Of a DNA stretch of 64,000 nt, positions 1-8,407 are shown in pieces. The first letter of the stretch is position 1. Each line of letters begins with the position of its first letter. Location of the stretch: positions 4,668 to 68,667 of the IMG/VR virus record IMGVR_UViG_3300034406_000036. One strand, 5' to 3'. This DNA is from a virus. The notes below the pieces were generated by a model. The model searched no databases. It was not told the origin of the DNA and saw nothing but the letters and a program-made list of their open reading frames with translations. A program made the translations under genes and the position numbers.

Positions 1-89
1 GATGGAGTTTATCCAATAATAGGTACATATTATAATCAGTTAGAAACTTTAATAGAGTTCATTAAAAATAAAAGATTTTGTGATAAATT

Positions 90-238
90 ATTGCAAGAGT
101 GAGGGTTCATTAACACCGCTGGTGAGTAATGAAAAGGAAGCCCGCCTGTATTTATTTAATACTGACTAGGCAAGTTATGGCTTATATGGTTTGACAGTAT
201 AAATGGTTTTCAAGAATTTGAAATGTAACTCTTGCAAT
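90..238 (+). ncRNA. Candidate structured ncRNA of unknown family, directly upstream of tRNA-Phe
   Basis: Terminal helix TTGCAAGAGT(91-100)/ACTCTTGCAA(228-237); internal hairpins TTCATTA/TAATGAA, GCCT/AGGC, TTTCAA/TTGAAA; no ORF. Confidence 0.55.
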
Positions 239-241
239 TGT

Positions 242-318
242 GCTGGGGTAGCTCAGTCTGGTAGAGTGTCTGGTTGAAGCCCACGAAGTCACAGGTTCAA
301 ATTCTGTTCCCAGCACCA
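242..318 (+). tRNA. tRNA-Phe(GAA), imperfect anticodon stem
   Basis: Cloverleaf; loop TT-GAA-GC; T-loop TTCAAAT; 3' ACCA. Confidence 0.8.
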
Positions 319-320
319 AA

Positions 321-396
321 GCCGCTATAGCTCAATTGGTAGAGCAAGCGCCTTGTAAGCGCTAGGTTAGGGGTTCGAGACCTCTTAGCGGCTCCA
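321..396 (+). tRNA. tRNA-Thr(UGU)
   Basis: AGCGC-CT-TGT-AA-GCGCT; T-loop; CCA end. Confidence 0.95.
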
Positions 397-399
397 TAA

Positions 400-473
400 T
401 GGGCGGTAGTTTAACGAAAGAACAGCAGTCTTATATACTGCAGGCAAGGGTTTGACTCCCTTTCGCCCTACCA
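400..473 (+). tRNA. tRNA-Ile(UAU)
   Basis: GCAGT-CT-TAT-AT-ACTGC; T-loop TTTGACT; ACCA end. Confidence 0.85.
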
Positions 474-475
474 AT

Positions 476-504
476 TTGATTTTTATGAAAAAATAAAATA
501 TAAT
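476..504 (+). promoter_or_regulatory. sigma70-type promoter (recurring phage promoter)
   Basis: TTGATT-17nt-TATAAT followed by AATAAT. Confidence 0.75.
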
Positions 505-538
505 AATAATATAAGAAAAACGAAGGAGGCTTAGCTTA

Positions 539-1549
539 GTGAAAGATGTAGTTTTTGCGAAGGAAAAGGAGGCCAAGGTTGCCACGATAACAGAGGCAAT
601 AGATTTCGTAAAGGATGATTTAAAGCATTATCCAGTATTTGAATCCCTTGGCAATCTATCAATAGATGATAATTATCATCTACACATGAATGGAACAGAA
701 TTAGTTCCTACGACATGGGGGTTTGATGGATTTCTGAAACAGCTTGGAATTCCTACCCGATTCGGAAGAAAGATTCCGAAGGATTTGCTGGAAGTTGTTG
801 TAAATAGGTTGAAGGCTCTTGAAGATAAAAGAGTTCAGCTTATTACACGAGATGGAGATGGAGAAGGAACCTTTACATTAGTTAATGTAGTAGGTGCTTC
901 TTATGACCCGATTCCATTGGTTCCGTTTATGGAAGAAATGAATTTGGGTAACGAGAATGCCTTTGTTCGAGTAGGAGATAGAGGATTCCTTTGGGGAGTT
1001 CAGGATAAGACAGCTCAAGCGGAACCAAAGGTAGGAGATATTGTAAAATTCGGTATCTATGTTAAAGGAAGTGAAAGCGGTGGTGTTTATCCTCAAGCCC
1101 GTTTGATGGCATATAGATTGCAATGTACTAACGGAGTAACAGTCGGAGATGATTTCGGATTTGAGCGATGGCGAAGACGTGGTGATGACAGGGATAATTT
1201 CGAAACATTTAAAGGAAAGATTCAAGGACTGTTAGATAAATGTCATATTCTTCATGACGGGGTTATGAATTTGGATAGAGATATGACTGCTGGTGAATTC
1301 AGAACTCTGTGGAGAAAGACAGCTGGAGTAACTGGTAAACCAGAAGCTGATGTTCTTTTCGGAATAAATGAGGAACAAAGAGATAATTATAAGGCTACAG
1401 GAAGAGAAACTCCTGAAAATACAATTCCTGTAAATGCCTATAACATTTATAATAATATATCAGCAAAAGCCCGAGATTTGGGATATTTGAATAGCGAACG
1501 ATTAATGAATGTGGCGGGCTTGATGATATATAATTATGAAGCGTCATAA
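539..1549 (+). CDS. DUF932/DUF945-like protein
   Basis: 336 aa; motifs GSESGG and RLQCTNG typical of the family; RBS AGGAGG. Confidence 0.55.
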   Translation: MKDVVFAKEKEAKVATITEAIDFVKDDLKHYPVFESLGNLSIDDNYHLHMNGTELVPTTWGFDGFLKQLGIPTRFGRKIPKDLLEVVVNRLKALEDKRVQLITRDGDGEGTFTLVNVVGASYDPIPLVPFMEEMNLGNENAFVRVGDRGFLWGVQDKTAQAEPKVGDIVKFGIYVKGSESGGVYPQARLMAYRLQCTNGVTVGDDFGFERWRRRGDDRDNFETFKGKIQGLLDKCHILHDGVMNLDRDMTAGEFRTLWRKTAGVTGKPEADVLFGINEEQRDNYKATGRETPENTIPVNAYNIYNNISAKARDLGYLNSERLMNVAGLMIYNYEAS

Positions 1550-1550
1550 T

Positions 1551-1626
1551 GCCTTGTTAGCTTAATTGGCAAAGCACCTGTCTCTTAAACAGAAGCATGA
1601 GAGTTCGAGTCTCTCACAAGGCACCA
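1551..1626 (+). tRNA. tRNA-Lys(CUU)
   Basis: CTGT-CT-CTT-AA-ACAG; ACCA end. Confidence 0.93.
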
Positions 1627-1644
1627 AAAAAGAATAAAGGATGT

Positions 1645-1720
1645 GGGCGGTTAGCTCAATTGGAAGAGCAGGAGTGTTACATACTCAAGGTTATAGGTTC
1701 GAGTCCTATACTGCCCACCA
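1645..1720 (+). tRNA. tRNA-Val(UAC)
   Basis: GAGT-GT-TAC-AT-ACTC; ACCA end. Confidence 0.92.
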
Positions 1721-1893
1721 TAAGAAAGGAGTAGAATGTGGTGGTTTTTAATTAGACTGTTTGTGGCTCCAGCTATTGCAATGGCAGCTTGGGGAGCATT
1801 ATGTAATATGATAGGAATAACAGAATATGCGTTTGGGTATTGGGTATTTTTTATGGCATATGTCGTAGCCCAACAATTAATAAAGGCAAGAGT

Positions 1894-2295
1894 ATGAGCG
1901 AAGAGCAGAGAATTTTAGATTTAAAACCTGGAAATGGTTTAGATAAAGAAGTCGCTATTTTAATGGGGAAACCATGGAAGAAGCCAACTCATGGAACTTG
2001 TTGTATTTGTCAAAGATGTGGATATAGTTATGATGATTGCCAATGTTATTATAGTACAGGTTTTTATGATGCTTGGAACGTAGCGCAGAAATTAATGGAG
2101 GATGGTTGAAGGTTTAGTTTAACTAGAAATCAACATCGTCCACATGGGTTACCAGAATGGAGAGCTTCCTTTTGTAAATATTATGGAAGAGCGAAAAAAG
2201 CTTTTTGTGCTACTCCAGCGGAAGCAATTTGTAAGGCAGCTTTAATCGCTAATATAAAGGAGCCAAATGTATGTAATTTACAAATACCCGATTGA
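1894..2295 (+). pseudogene. Phage ABA-sandwich (BC1872-like) gene interrupted by in-frame TGA at 2107-2109
   Basis: YSTGFYDAWNVAQKL before the stop; the same frame continues to WRASF...ATPAEAICKAAL, the family C-terminal signature. Confidence 0.65.
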
Positions 2296-2421
2296 TATTC
2301 TTGGAATCGAGAATTTTCACATATTTGAATCGGCTGGATGGGAAACAGATTTCAGAATGGTATTGCCTATATTCGAAGTAAGAGATAAAAACGAAATTAT
2401 AACATCGGAGTAGAAAGGAAT

Positions 2422-2497
2422 GGGCTCGTAGTATAATCAGGGAGTACTCTTGATTTGCACTCAAGGAATGGAGGTTCGAATCCTCTCGAGTCCACCA
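2422..2497 (+). tRNA. tRNA-Ala(UGC)
   Basis: CTTGA-TT-TGC-AC-TCAAG; G3.U70 pair; ACCA. Confidence 0.95.
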
Positions 2498-2500
2498 AAA

Positions 2501-2701
2501 ATGAGAAGTTTATTAGACTATACAAATGATAGTACTGTAAAAAAGCTTGGAGATGAAGAGATAGAATAAGCTTTAAATAATTTTAAAAAAACTTGGGATT
2601 TATTCATACATCCAGATAATGATATAATGAAAGATTCCAAATTAGCCACAGCAATAGATGTCTTAGAAAAGGAATTAGTACGTAGAAAAGAAAATATGTG
2701 A
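2501..2701 (+). pseudogene. Small hypothetical gene with in-frame TAA at 2567-2569
   Basis: Frame reads MRSLL...EEIE*ALNNFKKTW...RRKENM* with coding-like composition on both sides of the stop. Confidence 0.4.
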
Positions 2702-2776
2702 CAGCGTGGTCAAATCTGGCTAAGACGCATGGTTGCAACCCATGAAGTACGGGTTCAAATCCCGTCGCTGTTTCCA
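2700..2776 (+). tRNA. tRNA-Cys(GCA)
   Basis: CATGG-TT-GCA-AC-CCATG; U73 discriminator; CCA. Confidence 0.95.
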
Positions 2777-2779
2777 AAC

Positions 2780-2856
2780 GGTGTTGTTATCTTAATTGGT
2801 AAAGAGCTCGGTTGTGGCCCGAGTATATGCAGGTTCGAATCCTGTACAACACCCCA
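2780..2856 (+). tRNA. tRNA-His(GUG)
   Basis: CTCGG-TT-GTG-GC-CCGAG; G-1:C73; CCA. Confidence 0.93.
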
Positions 2857-2867
2857 AAAAAGAAATT

Positions 2868-3003
2868 AAAGGAGTGAGGGGCCTTGGCTCTCTGTGGGGA
2901 GAGATAAGCTCGCATACATATAATACCAACCGAAAGGTGGAAGCGACACGAATTGCGAAAGCATAGGTTTTATAAGATTGGAGGGCAATGTAGTAGCTCC
3001 TTT
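2868..3003 (+). ncRNA. Candidate multibranched ncRNA of unknown family within the tRNA array
   Basis: AAAGGAGT/GCTCCTTT closing helix; GCCTT/AGGGC, CTCTC/GAGAG, TCGC/GCGA; GAAA tetraloop hairpins CC-GAAA-GG and TGC-GAAA-GCA. Confidence 0.6.
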
Positions 3004-3012
3004 TAAAAAAAT

Positions 3013-3083
3013 CCAGTGGTAGTTCAACGGAAGAACAGCAGTCTGATACACTGCCAATGTAGGTTCGATTCCTGCTCACTGGA
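3013..3083 (+). tRNA. tRNA-Ile(GAU), CCA not encoded
   Basis: GCAGT-CT-GAT-AC-ACTGC; T-loop TTCGATT. Confidence 0.93.
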
Positions 3084-3092
3084 CTTAATTAT

Positions 3093-3164
3093 CCGTCCGT
3101 AGCTTAATGGTGAAGCAGTGGGCTTTTAACCCATGCAATGCGGGTTCGAATCCTGTCGGACGGA
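3093..3164 (+). tRNA. tRNA-Lys(UUU), CCA not encoded
   Basis: GTGGG-CT-TTT-AA-CCCAT. Confidence 0.93.
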
Positions 3165-3172
3165 CTAAAAAT

Positions 3173-3247
3173 GGCGGGTTCGTCTAATGGTTAGGACGTT
3201 ACCCTCTCAAGGTAGAAATGCAAGTTCGAATCTTGTACCCGCTACCA
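3173..3247 (+). tRNA. tRNA-Glu(CUC)
   Basis: TTACC-CT-CTC-AA-GGTAG; ACCA. Confidence 0.93.
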
Positions 3248-3248
3248 A

Positions 3249-3323
3249 GCCCTTGTAGCTCAATGGACGAGCGGCAGTTTCCTAAACTGTATGATGTGAG
3301 TTCGAATCTCATCAAGGGTTCCA
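3249..3323 (+). tRNA. tRNA-Arg(CCU)
   Basis: GCAGT-TT-CCT-AA-ACTGT; CCA. Confidence 0.92.
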
Positions 3324-3371
3324 ATAAATAATAATTTGGGTTCCAATAATTCATAATTTTGGTTCCAATAA
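3316..3371 (+). repeat. Three tandem copies of GGTTCCAATAA (tRNA-Arg 3' end reiterated)
   Basis: Copies near 3317, 3339 and 3361, period about 22 nt. Confidence 0.7.
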
Positions 3372-3373
3372 AC

Positions 3374-3499
3374 GTAGGCTGGATGTCAGAATATAGATGA
3401 AGGCTAGGGTTGAGTGAGCGGAGATTGGAGTCTGCGGGCTCAGTAACGACTATGCCCTCCAATGTCTAGGGGTGCGAGTCCTCTAGCCAGCCTACCCCA
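3374..3499 (+). ncRNA. Atypical tRNA-like RNA (126 nt) with long acceptor helix, T-arm and CCA end
   Basis: GTAGGCTGG/CCAGCCTAC + C-CCA; T-arm CTAGGGG-TGCGAGT-CCTCTAG; long central hairpin instead of an anticodon arm. Confidence 0.7.
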
Positions 3500-3508
3500 A
3501 GTGAATAT

Positions 3509-3582
3509 GGGGGCGTCATCTAAAGGCAGGATAACAGACCTTCAATCTGTCAATGCGGGTTCGAATCCCGCCGTCCCTACCA
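3509..3582 (+). tRNA. tRNA-Glu(UUC) with C33
   Basis: ACAGA-CC-TTC-AA-TCTGT; Glu-type D arm; ACCA. Confidence 0.8.
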
Positions 3583-3584
3583 AG

Positions 3585-3613
3585 TTGATTTTTTTGAAAA
3601 TCCATTATATAAT
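3585..3613 (+). promoter_or_regulatory. sigma70-type promoter
   Basis: TTGATT-17nt-TATAAT-AATAAT. Confidence 0.75.
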
Positions 3614-3633
3614 AATAATGGAGGGAAAAATAT

Positions 3634-4062
3634 ATGAGAGGACGAAAAAGGGTAGCCGAAGAGAAACCGCGTGGAAAGACTGGATACAAAGGATTCTGGA
3701 CTGACAAAGGATATTTCGTAAACGATGGATGGGTCTGGGCTATCAAGGTGGTAAAGAATGAGGCAAAGCAGTCTGTATTTCAGAATGTTTGTCTCGGTAA
3801 AGCGGAGGATGTACTGGAAGAGCATGAGCTCCAGCAGTATAATAAGCTTCGCAGGGTAGAGGAGTTTCATCAGAAGCGGGCTCAGCAGGAAGATGAGGTT
3901 CTCGAGAATGGTACTCCTACCGCAGATGAGGCGGAAGAGTATATTCAGGAGAAACCTACCTGCTATGTCTGTGAGAAGACAATTAATTGGCATGGTGAAA
4001 AGGCAACTGTTGACGGAAATAAGGTTAATATCCATAGAGGTTGTCGCAAGAAAATAAAGTAA
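3634..4062 (+). CDS. hypothetical protein with C-terminal Cys/His cluster
   Basis: 142 aa ORF, RBS GGAGG, follows promoter. Confidence 0.7.
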   Translation: MRGRKRVAEEKPRGKTGYKGFWTDKGYFVNDGWVWAIKVVKNEAKQSVFQNVCLGKAEDVLEEHELQQYNKLRRVEEFHQKRAQQEDEVLENGTPTADEAEEYIQEKPTCYVCEKTINWHGEKATVDGNKVNIHRGCRKKIK

Positions 4063-4063
4063 A

Positions 4064-4279
4064 ATGACTGACTTGTTCAGAATTACGGACGATGGCTTTA
4101 CTTGGTGGGTAAAGAATAGAAATAACCCACTAGTAAAGAATACTCCAAAGTTTCAACTACTAAATGATATTCTTTATTATAAGATTCTAACAGTAGATGA
4201 ATTCAATAAGATTTACAATGCTTGGGGAAATCCAGTATTGTTTGAACTAATGAAGGAAGATTATATAAGGTTGGTGTAG
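4064..4279 (+). CDS. hypothetical protein
   Basis: 71 aa ORF abutting the previous gene. Confidence 0.55.
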   Translation: MTDLFRITDDGFTWWVKNRNNPLVKNTPKFQLLNDILYYKILTVDEFNKIYNAWGNPVLFELMKEDYIRLV

Positions 4280-4282
4280 CGC

Positions 4283-4356
4283 AGTCCTGTGGTGTAAGGG
4301 TAGCACATTGGGCTTTGAACCCAAAAACAGAAGTTCGAATCTTCTCAGGGCTGCCA
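4283..4356 (+). tRNA. tRNA-Gln(UUG)
   Basis: TTGGG-CT-TTG-AA-CCCAA; GCCA. Confidence 0.93.
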
Positions 4357-4369
4357 AAAAGGAGATATT

Positions 4370-4579
4370 ATGACAATGACCAAATTATGTGATTATAAAG
4401 ATTGGATTTCTGAAAAGGCTGATGAAATAGCTTGTTATTTATATGATAAAGATTATTATGATTTGCCCGAAAAGCTACAATTAGAAGTTTATGCCAAGGC
4501 AGAAGAAGCTTATGTGGATGCCTATGCAAATATGATTGATACAGTTTATGAACGCAATAGATATGCGGAAGGTGTATAA
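4370..4579 (+). CDS. hypothetical protein
   Basis: 69 aa, RBS AGGAG. Confidence 0.6.
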   Translation: MTMTKLCDYKDWISEKADEIACYLYDKDYYDLPEKLQLEVYAKAEEAYVDAYANMIDTVYERNRYAEGV

Positions 4580-4714
4580 TGTTTCAAAAGATTCTTTGTT
4601 TTCTAGGTTTGCATAATTATATGTTATCTAAAGTTGAGGAACGTAGGCACGCGGTAGTTCATTTTTATCGTTGTCTTGAATGTGAGAAAATAAGGTCAAT
4701 TTGGAATAGAAAAT

Positions 4715-5059
4715 ATGCCTAAACAAGATTCTAAAATAGTTCATAGATGCGAAGGAATGGTTACAAGTCGTACTCTTTCTTATTCGAAATGTCGTAATAT
4801 AGGGACAATTTGTGAGGGTGGAAGTCATTATTGTAAGATTCATGCTCCATCGCTTGTTAAGGCAAAAAGAGAAAAAAGAAGCAAAGAAATAAACGAACAA
4901 ATACGGTGTCAAATAGAAGCTCGTAAGGAAAGAAATAAAAGAGAATCTGCGATGCAACGTGCTTGCGAAGGAATTTCAACAGAGCAATTAGAAAATATAA
5001 AAATTAAGGATTTACTAGATGAGCTTGCTGCTTGGAGGTTAGGAATAAGAAAAACATAA
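4715..5059 (+). CDS. hypothetical protein (Cys/His zinc-finger-like N-terminus)
   Basis: 114 aa, C..C..CKIH. Confidence 0.6.
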   Translation: MPKQDSKIVHRCEGMVTSRTLSYSKCRNIGTICEGGSHYCKIHAPSLVKAKREKRSKEINEQIRCQIEARKERNKRESAMQRACEGISTEQLENIKIKDLLDELAAWRLGIRKT

Positions 5060-5196
5060 ATGAGTATCAGAGTGAAAAATAAAGTTATTGATAATACTGG
5101 TTATAATAAAGTTCGTGGTAAAGGAAGAAGCACGAGCAAGAAAAATTCTGACTATAAACCCTTAATAAGAAAGATTAGAAAGGAAAAGTTTGACGA

Positions 5197-5532
5197 ATGT
5201 TCAATAGAATAACTGGGAACGAAACCCTAAAAGAAATTATCGTGATTCTTGGTGACGGGAATCCTGGTGCAATAAAGGTTCTTGCTGAGTATATAAAGCG
5301 ACATCCCGAAGCCTGTGTTTTAGGAATTTTAACCCTTGACCATAAGGAAATATATGGGCCAAGAATCTGGATGCTTTGGAAAGATGTTTGCAAAGAGGAT
5401 TCCGATGTTTTTGATTCTTGCTTAAACGATGTTCATAATAAACTTCAAGAAAGGATAGATAAAAAGATAAAGGATAGTCCGATGTTCGGCAAGGAGTGGG
5501 AATATTATGGAGATAGACAAAGAAACAGTTGA
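5197..5532 (+). CDS. hypothetical protein
   Basis: 111 aa; GNPGA and IYGPRIWMLWKDVC motifs. Confidence 0.6.
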   Translation: MFNRITGNETLKEIIVILGDGNPGAIKVLAEYIKRHPEACVLGILTLDHKEIYGPRIWMLWKDVCKEDSDVFDSCLNDVHNKLQERIDKKIKDSPMFGKEWEYYGDRQRNS

Positions 5533-5671
5533 AGATGTCCTTTTTGGAACTTCAAAGGAAATAACACAAGTTAGTATTATGCTGGATGGTATGATGCGTA
5601 GGGGTGGTGGAAAAGGAATTGTTGACCGATTTGTGGACATGATGGAAAGAATCCCAGAAGTAGAATAAAAC

Positions 5672-5746
5672 GCCCCCGTAGTCTAATGGAAAGGCACATG
5701 GTTTCTACCCATGAATATGCGGGTTCGAGTCCTGTCGGGGGTACCA
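5672..5746 (+). tRNA. tRNA-Arg(UCU)
   Basis: CATGG-TT-TCT-AC-CCATG; ACCA. Confidence 0.92.
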
Positions 5747-5756
5747 TTAAAAATTT

Positions 5757-6096
5757 AATAGATGAACTGGGTGACCGCTCCATAAATGGAGAGGAAAGTC
5801 CGAGCATCATCAAGCAATAGGCTGGATAACGTCCAGAGTTCGTAAGGGCATGGAAAGTGCAACAGAAAATATACCGCCGAGAGGTAAGGGTGAAAAGGCA
5901 GGGTAAGAGCCTACCGCTTTGATAGTAATATCAAAGGCAGTGTAAACCCCCTATGATGCGAGACCAAATAGAAGACGAGAAGAGCTTGACTTCAATGACT
6001 CTTGGGTAGGTTGCTAGAGGTGTTAAGTAATTGGCATCCCAGATAGATGGTCACCGCCCGAAAGGGTACAGAACTCGGCTTATAGGTTCATTTATT
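5757..6096 (+). ncRNA. rnpB: RNase P RNA, bacterial type A
   Basis: Conserved GAGGAAAGTCC, AGTGCAACAGAAA, GGGTGAAA..GGTAAGAGC, GTAAACCCC and ACAGAACTCGGCTTA; P1 AATAGATGAAC/GTTCATTTATT. Confidence 0.96.
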
Positions 6097-6105
6097 TCTA
6101 TACGC

Positions 6106-6181
6106 TCCCTCATAATTCAATCTGGTAGAATGGGCGGCTGTTAACCGTCAAATGTAGGTTCGAATCCTACTGAGGGAGCCA
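6106..6181 (+). tRNA. tRNA-Asn(GUU)
   Basis: GGCGG-CT-GTT-AA-CCGTC; GCCA. Confidence 0.95.
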
Positions 6182-6200
6182 AATTTTTCTGGAGGGTAAA

Positions 6201-6479
6201 ATGAAAGAAAAGATAACAGAACAAGAGTTCGATGAACTATTAAATAAATGTAAAGGAGTTTTATTTGGTTGTGAAGATTTTGGTGGTTATTTTGCTGCTC
6301 CCGATGAATATTGCGAATTTCCCGATTTAATCCTAATTTCCGATGAAACTGGTTATTACAAAGCAACAGAAGATGATTTAGTTAGAAGCAATGATGGAAT
6401 TCTTGTTTGTCAAAAAGAAAAATGGGATGGTAAAGATATTCCAAATTTCGAAGATGTTTTTGAAGTAAAGGAGATATAA
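6201..6479 (+). CDS. hypothetical protein
   Basis: 92 aa, RBS GGAGG. Confidence 0.6.
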   Translation: MKEKITEQEFDELLNKCKGVLFGCEDFGGYFAAPDEYCEFPDLILISDETGYYKATEDDLVRSNDGILVCQKEKWDGKDIPNFEDVFEVKEI

Positions 6480-7150
6480 TGGAAGAAATGAATTATCAAA
6501 GAGCTGTAGTTCTATTATCAGGTGGAATTGATTCCGCAGTAACTGCAGCTTATGCGCAGGAAATTAATGATTGTGAAGTTCATGGATTAACAATATCTTA
6601 TGGACAAAGACATGATAAGGAAATAAATTGCGCAAGAAAAGTACAGGAAGACCTTGGATTAGAATCATGGAGACTTTACGAAATGCCACGTCTCGTTGGT
6701 TCTAGTTTAACAGGAGAGGGAGATATACCTAATTATGAATCCGATGAAATACCAAATACATTTGTTCCCGCAAGAAATATCATATTTTTATCTGTGGCAA
6801 CAAATTTAGCAATGACGCTCGGAGCTCAGCATATTTATATCGGAGTAGGTGCTGTAGATTATTCAGGTTATCCAGATTGCAGACCAGAATTTATTACAGC
6901 CATGCGAAAAGCAATTAATATAGGTACAGATACAAAAATAGAAATCAGAACTCCAATTATTAATATGCCAAAGGAACAAGTCATCCGAATAGGTGAATGT
7001 TTGGGTGTTAATTTTTCTAATACTTGGAGTTGTTATAATGGCAGGGAAAAGGCTTGTGGAGTTTGTCCAAGCTGTAGAATAAGATTAAGAGCTTTCAAAG
7101 AAGCTGAATTAGTTGACCCGATTGCTTATGAAGAAGCAATTATTGCTTGA
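6479..7150 (+). CDS. queC: 7-cyano-7-deazaguanine synthase QueC
   Basis: SGGIDS, YGQRH, TFVPARN, GYPDCR, TWSCY..CGVCPSC. Confidence 0.95.
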   Translation: MEEMNYQRAVVLLSGGIDSAVTAAYAQEINDCEVHGLTISYGQRHDKEINCARKVQEDLGLESWRLYEMPRLVGSSLTGEGDIPNYESDEIPNTFVPARNIIFLSVATNLAMTLGAQHIYIGVGAVDYSGYPDCRPEFITAMRKAINIGTDTKIEIRTPIINMPKEQVIRIGECLGVNFSNTWSCYNGREKACGVCPSCRIRLRAFKEAELVDPIAYEEAIIA

Positions 7151-7175
7151 TTTTTTATAAAAAGTAAAGTATAAT
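7147..7175 (+). promoter_or_regulatory. sigma70-type promoter
   Basis: TTGATT-17nt-TATAAT-AATAAT. Confidence 0.75.
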
Positions 7176-7259
7176 AATAATAGAAGGCGTGCTAACGATA
7201 AAGCGTGATAACAACAGTCGTAATAGGAATAAGACGATATATTAGGAAAAGAAAAAGTA

Positions 7260-7574
7260 ATGGGGCAAACGTATAAAGAAGCCGAATTAGAGAGAAGGAT
7301 AATAGATTACGTAGAAAATCATCCTGGTGAAAAGCTTTATGTTTATGCAAAAATATTTGACAGAACCAGCGAAAGAATTCGGCAAATATTAAGACGAAAT
7401 AATATTTATAAGGATTATAAATATTATCGAAGAGATATAGAAAAACAATTAACTGAAAAATATAATAAAACATGTTTAACTTGTGGTAAGTCATTAGTAT
7501 TTAACATGTATTACCCGAATAAGAAATATTGCAATAAGGACTGTTTTAGAAATAGGAAAAAGAATGCGATATAA
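7260..7574 (+). CDS. putative HTH plus zinc-ribbon DNA-binding protein
   Basis: TSERIRQIL; CLTCG..YCNKDC. Confidence 0.5.
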   Translation: MGQTYKEAELERRIIDYVENHPGEKLYVYAKIFDRTSERIRQILRRNNIYKDYKYYRRDIEKQLTEKYNKTCLTCGKSLVFNMYYPNKKYCNKDCFRNRKKNAI

Positions 7575-8136
7575 CGTTTTCATTGATGGAAGCTGTAAGC
7601 CCAATCCTGGTGGAATCGCTACTTATGGGTTGGTCTTTATGACTGGATTCGCAGAAGAAGGAACAGACCCAAAGAAAATCGCACAGCGGAAGTCAAATCT
7701 GATTCTTTTTGAGGAATCGGGATTTATTGGTAAGGGCGAAGGAATGTCAAACAATGTTGGTGAGTATGTTGCCCTTATTCAAGCGTTAAAGTTATGTCAA
7801 ACTCTTTATTGGCCAAACAAGAAGTTTAGAGAATTGGTTGTAGATAGTGGTAGTATTACTTGGGTGGCTTCAACAGTAGCAACCGAGAAGGTCATAATTC
7901 ATACTGATTCATCTTTGGTCTTTATGCAAATGGAGGGTTTACAAAAGGCTCATGGAGGATTATATTATCCATATTACCTAGAAGCGAAGGAACAACTAGA
8001 ATTATGTAGGCAACTAGGATGGACAATCGAATTTTGCTGGATTAAGAGCGCAGATAATCTTGCCGATAAGCCAGCAAAACAAGCTTTAATAAAGGCAAAG
8101 AAACTTGTTAGAGAAAGAATTAAGGCTAACTCGTGA
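7564..8136 (+). CDS. ribonuclease HI-like protein
   Basis: FIDGSCKPNPG, NNVGEYVALI, HTDSSLV, NLADKPA. Confidence 0.88.
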   Translation: MRYNVFIDGSCKPNPGGIATYGLVFMTGFAEEGTDPKKIAQRKSNLILFEESGFIGKGEGMSNNVGEYVALIQALKLCQTLYWPNKKFRELVVDSGSITWVASTVATEKVIIHTDSSLVFMQMEGLQKAHGGLYYPYYLEAKEQLELCRQLGWTIEFCWIKSADNLADKPAKQALIKAKKLVRERIKANS

Positions 8137-8161
8137 CTTTTAAAATAAATGATTGTATAAT
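8133..8161 (+). promoter_or_regulatory. sigma70-type promoter
   Basis: GTGACT-17nt-TATAAT-AATAAT. Confidence 0.65.
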
Positions 8162-8179
8162 AATAATTGAGGTGAATGA

Positions 8180-8407
8180 ATGAGAAGAGCTTCTAAACTT
8201 AAATCTAGTTCAAAGGCACATGGATTACTCTATGTACCGCCAGCATTAAGTGAACAGATAAAGGAACAAGAAGCAGGAGAAAAACAAAACTTTGCCATTT
8301 CTTGTAATACATGCAGAAATCAAGCAAACGATGGACATTGTAAAATGTATTCAGCAACTTGCAGGAAAACAAAAGAGTTTTATGAAAGGAAAGTAGATGA
8401 CAGTTAA
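8180..8407 (+). CDS. hypothetical protein
   Basis: 75 aa, RBS GAGGTG. Confidence 0.55.
   Translation: MRRASKLKSSSKAHGLLYVPPALSEQIKEQEAGEKQNFAISCNTCRNQANDGHCKMYSATCRKTKEFYERKVDDS

Noticed and set aside
3316-3371. Integration (att) site scars after tRNA-Arg
   Set aside because: Only 11-nt copies at a 22-nt period with no integrase or cargo; simple tandem duplication is more likely.
5672-5746. Amber suppressor tRNA (CUA) and TAG recoding
   Set aside because: The 7-nt loop register gives TCT (Arg); TAG ends genes normally and long ORFs are intact in the standard code.
385-6366. Minus-strand ORFs such as 385-585, 2792-3079, 3199-3462, 3516-3746, 5577-5813 and 6148-6366
   Set aside because: They largely overlap tRNA or RNase P genes in antisense (GFEP, GIRT, GLEP-type translations) and lack protein motifs.
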